This document shows, in pieces, positions 37,406 through 47,312 of a stretch of DNA of 64,000 nucleotides. Position 1 is the first letter of the stretch. Each line of letters starts with the position of its first letter. The position numbers were made by a program, and so were the translations under genes. This DNA comes from Cyanophora paradoxa CCMP329 (Eukaryota; Plantae; Glaucophyta), in contig QPMI01000157.1 of NCBI GenBank assembly GCA_004431415.1, positions 186,001 through 250,000 of the forward strand, in the 5' to 3' direction. The notes below the pieces were generated by a model. The model saw nothing but the letters and a program-made list of their open reading frames with translations, did not search any database and was not told the origin of the DNA.

Positions 37406-38858
37406 CGCGAAAGTCAACGAGTGCGCCTGAAGCGTGCGCACGCCGCGCCTGGGGCGATATCGATCCCGCCCGCAAGTCATGATTTCGCCGATCGCGAGTC
37501 GCCTCGATCCTGAGTCCAGGCTACCGGTGCTTAGCGCTAGCTAGCTTATCAGGCTAGTCCAGGCTACCGGTGGTATACGCGTATCGATACTATGATTTTC
37601 GATGATCCGCCGATGCGGTTAGCACTGCGGCATGCGCAGTGACTTACGAAGTTAGCACTCACTGAGAGACAGCGGCCCAGCGATAGATCGAAATACGTAT
37701 ACTAGCTATCGTATCCGATCTTATACGTATGCGTACGTACGTATACGTACTGAGTAAGGATGGATCGTAAACGTATATATACCGGTACGTTTACGTATAT
37801 ACAACTAAAAGAACTGGCCCGGCTGCCCGAGAAATCGGCGGGCTGGCCCGGGGGTCAAAGCCTTATCCGATGATCATATTAGTATGCCAGCCGGCCAGCT
37901 GGTCGACCAGACCAGCGGCCATACTATGATACTCCCAGTATCCGATCCCTACCGGACCAGTAGTAGTACCGGACCAGCTGGCAGGACCGGTACGTCACGG
38001 CGTATACCGGTACCCGCGGCGCCGGCCCGCCGCGCGGGGGCCCGCGGCCGGCCGGGCGCGCGCGGCCGCCGGGGCCGGCGCCGGGCCGGCCGGCCGCGGG
38101 GCCGGCCCCGGCCGCCGGGCGGCCCGGCCGGGGATCGGACCGTCGTCGGAGCCGGGCCGGCGGGGGGCCGGGCCCGGGGGGCCGCCGCCGGCCCGCGCGC
38201 CGGGCCCCGGCCCCCGGGGCTGATCCGGCTGATTCGCGTCACTGCGTCAGGCCACTGATCGGCTCCGATCGTGATCGCAGGATCCGCGCGGCTCAGACGC
38301 CCGGCCGGATCAACGGCCCCACAGAATCTACGGGAAACTTGGCATCTTGAATGACAAAAGCGCTCAGGCGGGCCTGAGGCGGCTAGTGGCTCAGTGAAAC
38401 CGATGAATGAAAGAAGTCCCACTGAGTCAAAATGTGACTATCACTGAGTCGACATCCGATGATCAGAAGTTAAGATATGGCCCGGCGCGGCGCCAATTGC
38501 AACTTCCGCCAAGGAGATATGACGCTCCCAAATTAATATTATGTCGTGCGGGGACTCCGAGGGACTCCCGGGAGCCGGGAGGCTGGGCCGCCGGGCCAGC
38601 CCGCCGGGCCGCCTGAGCCCGGCCGATCGAAAAGTCCAAAACCACTGGGCCAGCGGCGCAGCGGCGCGGCGGCAGCGCCGGCCGCTGGCCCGGCCGCGAT
38701 ATCCGATCATCGGATGATCGATGCACCGACGCAGCACCGTACGCGTGGCACCGGCCCGGCCGGCCGCAGCGTGGGGCCTCCGCCCCACTGTTTTTTATTG
38801 CTCAATTCGGACCGGTCCGGTCTTGCACGGTAAATATTAAGGTCTGCACTTTAATTAT

Positions 38859-38921
38859 TATGTCGTCCCCAAATTATGTCGCCGAAAACTTGACATGACG
38901 ACATAATTTGGGGACGACATA
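38859..38921. repeat. Perfect 23-bp inverted repeat with 17-nt spacer
   Basis: tatgtcgtccccaaattatgtcg (38859-38881) / cgacataatttggggacgacata (38899-38921). Confidence 0.9.
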
Positions 38922-39885
38922 GCAGGGCGTGCTTAGTGCTACCCCCCAATTTACCGCCCCATACGTTACGTATGATACGTATACAAGTAGTATATCGATC
39001 GCGACTCGCGATCGCGAGTCATGCTGCCTCATGCATATGCTGCTGAGTTATGCACTAGTACTAGTACTACTGTAGAACGGAAAATATTTACTATACGGTA
39101 TATTGTTACGCGTAAAGTGAGGGGTACCGGTGCCCGGGTAGGGGGGACAGGCTCATGATCAGAGCCTCTATATATCAGACAGCCTTTATAGTTTGCGCGG
39201 GAACAAGCATGTGCGAGAGGTGCCATCACTGCCATGGCCAGGCCTAGGGGGCGGGCGGGCAGGGGCGCGGGGGGCGGGGGGCCGGGCCTCCGCTGGCGCC
39301 CGCTATAGCTAATTATAAGGGAGGGTTCGGCCGGCACCGGAAAATAATAACAGTACCGTAAACTTGAAAACAGCTATTTTCACAAATCCGCAAATATTTC
39401 TGTGCCGCAAATATTACCCGAAGTCTGTACGTATACGTACTACGTAGTACAGTACTAGTACTGGGAGTAGTATAGTCTAGTACTACGTATACGTGGACGT
39501 CGACTCGCCGGACTCGGGCCGGCGTGCTGTGCCACAGGCCTACAGCGCTAGCTCAGCGGCTGCAGTGTTCGGATCATCGATATCGGATCGGATATACTAT
39601 GATACACACTATCATAGTATCATAGCCTGGCCATGGAGCTTCAGGCCGCCGGGCGACCGGTGGACCGTCGGACCATCAAATCGCACTAGTACTGCGGCAT
39701 TTGCAATTTCAACTTGCAACTTGCCGGCCGATAGATCGAGCGCTAGCTAAAGATGTGGAGCGCGGGGCCAGCAGCCCCGGCAGATCTGCGCGCTTTCGCA
39801 TTCAGCGGAGCCGCGGGCGCGGACGATGTTCAAGTCGACGTTCAGCAGGTGCGATCGCGATTTGCAATTGCAAGGCGCCCTGCAG

Positions 39886-41283
39886 ACGTGCACGTATTCA
39901 TTACGGTTGATCATGAGCTTTGCATGGCGAATCGATCGCGAAGGTCCCGGCATCTGCGATGCCAACGTTGGGCTCTGTGTCCGAGGCGCCGGCGGAACGC
40001 GTGTATGTGCATGCGCAGTTTCACGGCTCCGCGGCCGCTTCCGCCGTACCGGTGCATTCAAGCGCTCAACTCTGTCTGATGACTTGCAGTAAACATATAT
40101 TGATCTGATGATCGCCTCATGATCAGCAGATCGAACGTACGCGTCCGGAACCCGCGGCCGCGAAGAAACGTGTGCGGGACTACAGCTTGGCGCCACTCCC
40201 CGACCCGCGGTCCGAGGAACCGGTTCCCATCCGCTACTACGACGCGTGCGCATGCGCTCACGATTGTGCCCTAAATTCAGAATCCGAGGTTACAGCGCTT
40301 CTGTCTTACTTTTGGCCCGCGCAGCGTCCTTAGCTTTGCGCGGGGCGTCGACGTCTGCGTCGCCGCGGCGTCGTCCCTCGCCTCGGCCCTCGAGCGGCAT
40401 AGCCTGAAAGTGCCTCCTACCCCTCTCCGAGGCTCCCCTTTCCCTGGGACCCCCTCTCCCCGGTCCGCTCCCACTGGACCCCGTATAGCTAATCCTCATT
40501 CAGTGCTGGTACGATGACGACGTCGCCGAAATCAACGGCGAGATCAAGAACCTCGCCAGGCTCGCCGCTCCTCAAGTTATAATTGATTATATAATTAGTC
40601 GCGATCGGTTACATTATTTATGTGCCCGCGCCGATTCGCTTGTACCCGCAGGCGTAAGGAGATTGCGGCGGCCATCGAGGGCTGTGATTGCTTTGTCGTC
40701 GTTGCCACGCCCGGTACCCCTTTTAACCCCCGCCTTCTCCCTCACCGCACCTCGCAATTGCCACGTGCACTCCTCGTCCGTTCGGTCCCTCGAGCGCGCC
40801 TCTCTCGAGCGCGGACGATGTTGATATGATCATGTGCCGCCCGGAAGTGGGCGGCACAATCATGAGTGTGACTGGAGATCTTTAGTCACACTCATCAACA
40901 TCGACATCGTCCCCCCCTTCGCGATCGCACCCGCCTTAAGCTTGATCATGAGCTTCCTACTCTCCCCCGCTCCTCCTCCTCCTCCTCCTCCCGGGGACTC
41001 ACCCCAGCTTGTAGTTACCCGTCGCGGCTCCCTCAGTCCGGTCCCTCTTTGTCAGCTTACCCTTATATGTCGCCCGCTTTCGTGTCCGCGCAGAGTGGTT
41101 CCAGTCGCCGTGCGCCTCGAGTCTGCTGCCTCCTGATCCCCCTTTTCCGTCTGAGCTTAAGCGTCGAGTTCAACGGTTCGCTCTGCAGGGCGTGCCTGAC
41201 GGAGCTAGAGCACGCGGCGTGGCTCGGCAAGCGCCTTGTCTCCTTTGCACCCGGCGGGCAGACGCTGCAAGCCCTTGAGCTCG
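39886..41283 (+). CDS. TIR-domain (TIR_2-like) gene, exons up to the virus insertion
   Basis: Spliced micro-exons DVHVFITVDH / CWYDDDVAEINGEIKNLA / RKEIAAAIEGCDCFVVVATP / EWFQSP / ACLTELEHAAWLGKRLV match the TIR pattern (FIS, W.D, I..AI..S...V.V.S, S..C..EL..A). The start codon was not located. Confidence 0.65.
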
Positions 41284-41561
41284 GGGCCCGCGTTTCCGCA
41301 GCCTCGAGCAAAAAAATGTAAATTGGGCATACTGCCCCACGAAATTATATATGGTAATAAAATCGAATAAACTTTAAACTTTTCGATATTCCACAAACGT
41401 TTCGACAAAACCAAATCAAAAACAAACCATTCACAGTAACCACACAAAACAAAACGTAAAATCTCAGTAAGCCTCAGTAACAACAATCGATGTTATATCA
41501 TAATCTCGGTTATTCCTCATTGATTGTTTCATATAAAAATAATCTGATAATCTGAATAAAA

Positions 41562-41924
41562 ATGGAAACCAAGCCACAACAACGCTTTTACATTTTCTCT
41601 CGATATGATGATCGCGAATCCGTGAAATCAAAAGGAGCAAAATGGGATTTTGAAAAGAAGCTATGGTTTGTTGAAGATGAAAACAGTGAGATCTTCAAAG
41701 AATTCCGAAAACTAACAGAAGACGAAATCAAATACATTAATGTTAAAATGTTTTGTCAAGTTGCTTTCAAAGACATCCAATTAGCGAAATCTTATGGTCT
41801 CAGATGGGACCCAATTCATAAGGGTTGGTATGTTAAAGGAATCCATTATAAAGAAATTTTCAAAGTGTTCAGACCTATCACGAAAATTGTTGAATCGAAA
41901 GATGGTTCATACCTCACAGCCTAA
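41562..41924 (+). CDS. Small protein with two DUF5710-like repeats
   Basis: YDDRESVKSKGAKWDFEKKLWFV and FKDIQLAKSYGLRWDPIHKGWYV match the K..GA.WD...K.W(Y/F)V pattern. Confidence 0.75.
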   Translation: METKPQQRFYIFSRYDDRESVKSKGAKWDFEKKLWFVEDENSEIFKEFRKLTEDEIKYINVKMFCQVAFKDIQLAKSYGLRWDPIHKGWYVKGIHYKEIFKVFRPITKIVESKDGSYLTA

Positions 41925-42979
41925 CGTCTAGTCAACCCGCTTCGTAAATTATACCTCTTCCTAACTACTTTGCTCCTATTGGGCTTGATACCCTCTTTTG
42001 CTACTAATCTATTTACCTTCGTTGTTTTTTTCACTCGCTCCACACGCTTCTGTGTGGGAATCTTAACAATTGCTGCCTTATCTACTTTTTGCAACTCGTT
42101 CAGTTTAAAGTTTCGTTTTACTTCCTTTGGACTCTCTCCCTCATTCTCTTCCAATAAACTAAATCGATTACCTACCTTGCCTGCTACTTTATACACTTGT
42201 TTGCTGTATCTTGCTCCTTCTTTATCGAAAGTCTTCTTTTCAGTTACAGCTCGAACATAATCTCCCTCCTTTACTGTTGGGCTACCTTCTTTAATACGTT
42301 TGTTATGCAATGCATCACGCAAATATATGAACGATTCTTTCTCGTTATTCCCATACACTGCATTGGGTGAATCATTCTTTAGGGAAGTGTGTGGACTGTT
42401 GTTGTAAGTTGCCAGAACCTGTTTGTAATAATCAGTCCATTTTGGGTTCCCACTCGAAACTATTGCTTTTCTCAAATATTGTTTAAAAGTTCTGGTGAAC
42501 CTATCGATAATACCAAGTTTATCACCTACTGTGATGTGGTCATTCTTAGCTACATCAGTGTAGAGTGTAACATTGTTTTCCTCACACCATTTCCTATAAA
42601 TCTCAGCAGAGAACTCATTGTCTCCTGAGATAGCACTAACCTTGCCTGCCTCAACTTTGAACCTGTTGAAAATATCGATTTTCGAATCCTTTGGCTTGAA
42701 AGGGTATACAAATGCTTTCCGACTCAATATATCGACAAATCCCAGCATCCTATCCACTCCATGTGTTGCTGTCTTGTAGCTTTTGAAATAAATCACATCA
42801 ACCTGAAAGGAATTGGGTGGAGCAATGATCCGCAAGAAAGACTTTTGCTTTTTGGGCTTCTTAAAGATCTGCTCAAGCTCTTGATTTTTAAAACGCTTTC
42901 TTAGTTCTTCCTCATCAAATGTGATACCTTCTTTAATCAATTTCTGTCGATACTTGGTATAACTCAGAACCTGGTCCAT
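41921..42979 (-). CDS. Retrovirus-like (rve) integrase of element A
   Basis: FQVDVIYF, VDILSRKAFVYP, SGDNEF, IIDRFTRTFK, YNNSPHTSL...SP, GDYVR...FDKEG..YS; intact 352 aa. Confidence 0.92.
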   Translation of the reverse strand: MDQVLSYTKYRQKLIKEGITFDEEELRKRFKNQELEQIFKKPKKQKSFLRIIAPPNSFQVDVIYFKSYKTATHGVDRMLGFVDILSRKAFVYPFKPKDSKIDIFNRFKVEAGKVSAISGDNEFSAEIYRKWCEENNVTLYTDVAKNDHITVGDKLGIIDRFTRTFKQYLRKAIVSSGNPKWTDYYKQVLATYNNSPHTSLKNDSPNAVYGNNEKESFIYLRDALHNKRIKEGSPTVKEGDYVRAVTEKKTFDKEGARYSKQVYKVAGKVGNRFSLLEENEGESPKEVKRNFKLNELQKVDKAAIVKIPTQKRVERVKKTTKVNRLVAKEGIKPNRSKVVRKRYNLRSGLTRR

Positions 42980-42984
42980 CCTTA

Positions 42985-45267
42985 TTATAGTGTTGTTTTT
43001 GTTTTATAGTGTCCAATCGCAAGAGTAGTATAGAGGTCCTCACAAAGATACCTCTTAGTATCGAGCGCATTGAATGCCTTTTCTTCATTTCCTGCGTTGT
43101 TACCTCGTGGTTCTTTGATCGGAAACCTCGAACTGTTACTTTCTCCCGCTCCTTCATTGGATACATGACAGTGTTGTAGAATTGTAGGAACTCTAACCTA
43201 TTCTGCACTACTGACCGCTGAACTCCCTTCAACTTCTTAACCTTACTATCAATAACATCAGCTTCCGTAGCATTCGACTTCACTCTTAACAAATCCTTCA
43301 ACTTGTCAGCAATCACCTGTTTTACATTTTCTTCTGATCCCAGAGCCTTAACATTCAACTCCTTCTCGTAGGAGTATGCTTTTGGTTTGTAACCAGCAAA
43401 CCTTGTAACGAGATAATCACCACAATCATCCTTGAACAAACCGGGAACCTTTTTATTTTAGGGTTGTAACAGATGTGGGATTTGCTGTAATCAGACTGAT
43501 CAAACCAATGAGAATCCTCAATCATGTCTTTGTAGATATCGTCAGTCTCAATCAGATAATACAGGGAATCTGTATCAGTCATGAGCAGCTTGGCTGATCC
43601 AGGTCCATACTTCACCATGATGTAATCGTAATGGAAACGATACATGATTAGTTTGGACAGATCCAAGATAGCCTGACCAACATAAATGGGTTTATCCAAC
43701 ATAATAGAACCCTTATAGAACTCTAAAGCAGTAAGATTCTCATTGATAATCTTCACTGTCTTCAACAATGGATTGCCGTTGTGTTTGAGCTGCACCCTGG
43801 GATCGTTGCAAAGCTTTATGTTACTTCGCTTGCGAACGTTCTCCATGGTCTTTCCGAAAACTGAGTTATTCATGAGTTTGTAGAAATCTTTCTCGAAATC
43901 ATTACGAGCTTGCGTCCGCAGTCCGGTATTGAAATCGATGTATGGTCTCAGCCACTCAGATTGATCATACATAATCCCACGATGAACCTTTGTTACCTTC
44001 AATCCTTTTGAGATGTAGTACTGCAAGTTTTTGATGTGTAGGATGTAATTGGTCTTGTTCATCAGATTGGGAACCAACTTACGAGTCTGGGGTAGTTTTT
44101 CATCACCAATCATTTCAAGCTGTGTTGGTGAAATCATTGACTTGGTGATTATTAGAGATTCGGGAGCAAGAGGTAAATCACTGTGAAGATCATGTAGGTG
44201 TTCTGGATATTCCAAGTCAACCTCCAAAGTTGCACCTCTATCACCTTCCACATCAAAGCCCATATAATCGAAATTCTCGATGTCATCAATCCACTCAAAT
44301 CCACCTCTGGGTAGCTTGAAACTCATCGCTTTCCCATACAGATTGTTGGCATCCCAAGTGGTGATATACTTTGTTGACTTTGATGGATCATAAGACTTCA
44401 TGTAGGGGTTATTAGCCTCTGCATAACGATTGGGAACCATGCAAACACCTCCACGAATTCCAAGTTCAAAGAATCTATACATTTCAGGGTCACTCAATTG
44501 CTCCAACTCCACACCTGTATATTTCAACATCGCGAACCATGACAGGTGAGGAGCTGAAATGAAATGGATAGGATCGATCTTATAATTACTGTAGCAAACA
44601 TTGCGGAATGTATTGAAAACGTCAGCAAGCAGAGCAACATCAGTAGAAAGATAGATATCGTGATAATCTCCGAGAGTTTTGCAGTTGAAAGCGTCCCATA
44701 CCCTCTGGCAATGCTTGTAGTCGGAGTCACTTAATTCAGTATCATTGAGTTTCGAGTAGAAAGCTTCTTTGGGAGGTAATTGGGTCTCACTGAGTTTCTC
44801 GAAGCTATCCAGGTAGTCGTAAGGGAAGTGTCCCTTTTGCATCAGTAGCTCTCGCTGTTCCTGTGAGTAATTTACAGAATCACACCACTCATTGGTGAAT
44901 TTGAAATTATTCTTACTGAGATTCTTTACCAGACCATCAAGGCTCGAAGCCATGAAATTCAAAGAGTCCATGAACTTGTATGGTCCCATATCGAATGCTA
45001 TGAACTTCTCAAAATTCTGGGCAATGCAACGAATTTCCTTACCAGGTTCATTGAAATTCAAAGCCTTCAGAATATAGTGTCCATCGTAACCTTTTAGATT
45101 GTGGAACACAACTGGGATCTTTGGATTGATCTTTCGTTTCAGATTGCAAGTATTGCAAGCTGCTCCAATGTAGTCTCCTGTAACGTGGTCGTGGTCTCTA
45201 ACCTTTTTAACTTGATATGTGTTACCATTATCATCGGTTACAGTAGCTCCAAACTCATCTCCACAGA
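42985..45267 (-). pseudogene. Protein-primed DNA polymerase B of element A, C-terminal part (interrupted by element B)
   Basis: KVRDHDHVTG...ACNTCNL, FHNLKGYDGH, FMDSLNFM, KGHFPYDY, GIRGG, WDANNLYG, YKLMNNSVFGKTMEN, MTDTDS, FKDD, DTKRY...TLAIGHY*. Two homopolymer frameshifts near 43455 and 43080. Confidence 0.93.
45263..45267 (+). repeat. Left target-site duplication ACAGA of element B
   Basis: ctcc-ACAGA-agcactgcg; an identical pentamer lies at 56938-56942. Confidence 0.88.
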
Positions 45268-45640
45268 AGCACTGCGCCGTGTCTCCAAAACAATACCCGC
45301 GAAAAAATCAAAAACAAATCAGAAAACAAACCATTCCCAGTAACCCAATCTTGAATATCAGTAAATCTCAGTAAGCCTCAGTAACAAAAATTTAATTAAT
45401 CGACGTTATATCATAATCTCGATTAATTATATCTTATCGCAGTTATATCTTTTTTATGCGCCGTGTCTCCAAAACAATTCCCAAGAAAAACAAACCATTC
45501 ACAGTAACCCAATTCCAAATCTCACTAAATCTCAGTAAGCCTCAGTAACAAAAATCGAATTTATCGAAGTTATATCTTAAATCTTATTTATCGAAGTTAT
45601 ATCATTATCTCGATTAATTATATTTAATCGAAGTTATATC
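45268..45640 (+). repeat. Left terminal inverted repeat of element B (373 bp)
   Basis: Reverse complement of 56560-56932 with one visible mismatch. Built from about 185-bp units starting (t)gcgccgtgtctcc and multiple atcgaagttatatc motifs. Confidence 0.95.
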
Positions 45641-45667
45641 CTTTTTATCCGCCGTGTCTCCCATCAA

Positions 45668-46213
45668 TTAGTCATCATCATCAATAAACTGATACTTATT
45701 TGCTATCATTCCATTTTTATGTGGTAAGCGATATGTATAATTTGTTTTACTTCCAGTTGCAACAGTGCCTTGAAATGTTTGCAAATCCGTTTTGTAGTAA
45801 ATATATGGGTTTTCAGATTCGTAATATCCCATATTCTCAATAATCTTTTTTCCAATAGAAACGACATGTTTTTCATCTCCACCACAAAAGAATATTATAA
45901 CACCAAATGCAGTATCTGAAGCTCGTGAATTGCGTTTACCTGTGGAGCATTTCATTGATGGTATACCCAATTTGCCTTCATCGAAACATTTCTTAAAATG
46001 CTCCCATTTTTTAGGTATCTCTTCTTTTGGATAGAAGACCATCCATTTTCCACTATCATGTAATCCAAAGTAGTCAGCATTTTCCAACACACATTCTGCC
46101 AATGTTTGACCAGGCTTTATTGTAACTGCTTCCACTTCATCATCAATTTCAGGGTATTGTGACTCATCATTATCATAATAAATCCAATACTCTGTCTTCG
46201 TTTCGAAACCCAT
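45668..46213 (-). CDS. DUF1917/Bles03-like (eIF4E-like fold) protein
   Basis: SGKWMVF...W...G.LG...KCST...VIIFF...IYYKTD..T..G pattern characteristic of DUF1917. Confidence 0.7.
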   Translation of the reverse strand: MGFETKTEYWIYYDNDESQYPEIDDEVEAVTIKPGQTLAECVLENADYFGLHDSGKWMVFYPKEEIPKKWEHFKKCFDEGKLGIPSMKCSTGKRNSRASDTAFGVIIFFCGGDEKHVVSIGKKIIENMGYYESENPYIYYKTDLQTFQGTVATGSKTNYTYRLPHKNGMIANKYQFIDDDD

Positions 46214-46254
46214 TTTTAAACTTACTGATATCTATTTCCTCCTGTCAATTTTTG

Positions 46255-47312
46255 TCAACGTTTCGTTAAACCACTTCTCAGATTGTATCTTCTCCTTATT
46301 ACATTACTCCGATTGGGTTTTATGCCTTCCTTTGCTACCAATCGATTCACTTTATTCGTCTTATTAACCTGCTGAATTCGTTTTTGTGATGGGATCTTAA
46401 TGATATCATCTTTATTCACCTTTTGCAATTCTTGCTTCTTAAACCTCCTCTTCACTTCTTTTGTTTCCTCACCATCATTATCTTCAAGGACTTTGAAACG
46501 ATTCCTATCAGCCTTTGCAACAGTGTAGACCTTCTGACTGAATTGCGCCCCTTCTTTTTCAAATAACCCCTTTGGTTGCAAAACTCGAACTGTGTCTCCT
46601 GGTTTCACTTGATTAGTATCAGCCTCCTTTACACGATTGTTGTGAACAGTATCCCTCATGTAAATAAATAACTGTTTATCTTCATTTGTATACACTGCAT
46701 TCGGTGAGTCATTTTTCAATGCCGAATGGGGACTGCTATTATACAAGTCAATTACATCACTAAGTAGATCGATCCATTTCGTGGTTCCTTTTGCTGTCAT
46801 CGTTTTCCTGAGATATTGTTTGAAAGTCCTAGTGAACCTATCAATTATCCCCAGTTTATCTCCTACTGTGATGTGGTCATCCTTTGCCACATCTGTGTAA
46901 AGCATTACACCATGTTCACTGCACCAATTTCGGTATACTGCCTGGGAAAACTCATTATCCCAGAGAGAGCATTAACTTTGCCTGCATCTTGCTTGAACCT
47001 ATTTAAAATGCTCGGGATCTCACTGCTGTTTTTAAAAGGATAAACAAATCCTTTGCGACTAAGTATGTCTACGAAACTGAGCATTTTGAAAATGCCATTG
47101 TTGGCAGTCTGAAACCCTCTGAAATATGTTATATCGATTTGAAACGATCTAGGCTTTGCTACTATGCGAAGAAACGATTTGGTTTCCTTGGTTTCTTGTA
47201 GATTTGCTGGAGTTCTGAGTTTTTGAATTTCTTTTTCAACTCTTTTTCATCAAACTCACTTTTCATTAATCAGTTTCTGCCTATACTTTTTGAATGATAA
47301 TACACTATCCAT
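46255..47312 (-). CDS. rve integrase of element B (5' half broken by single-base deletions)
   Basis: Starts MDSVLSFKKYRQKLI (ATG 47312, homologous to MDQVLSYTKYRQKLI). Contains FQIDITYF, VDILSRKGFVYP, GDNEF, IIDRFTRTFK and ends RRRYNLRSGLTKR. Confidence 0.88.

Noticed and set aside
45268-45660. CRISPR-like array in the TIR or at 63587-63810
   Set aside because: The repeats are tandem without unique spacers, and no cas genes are present.
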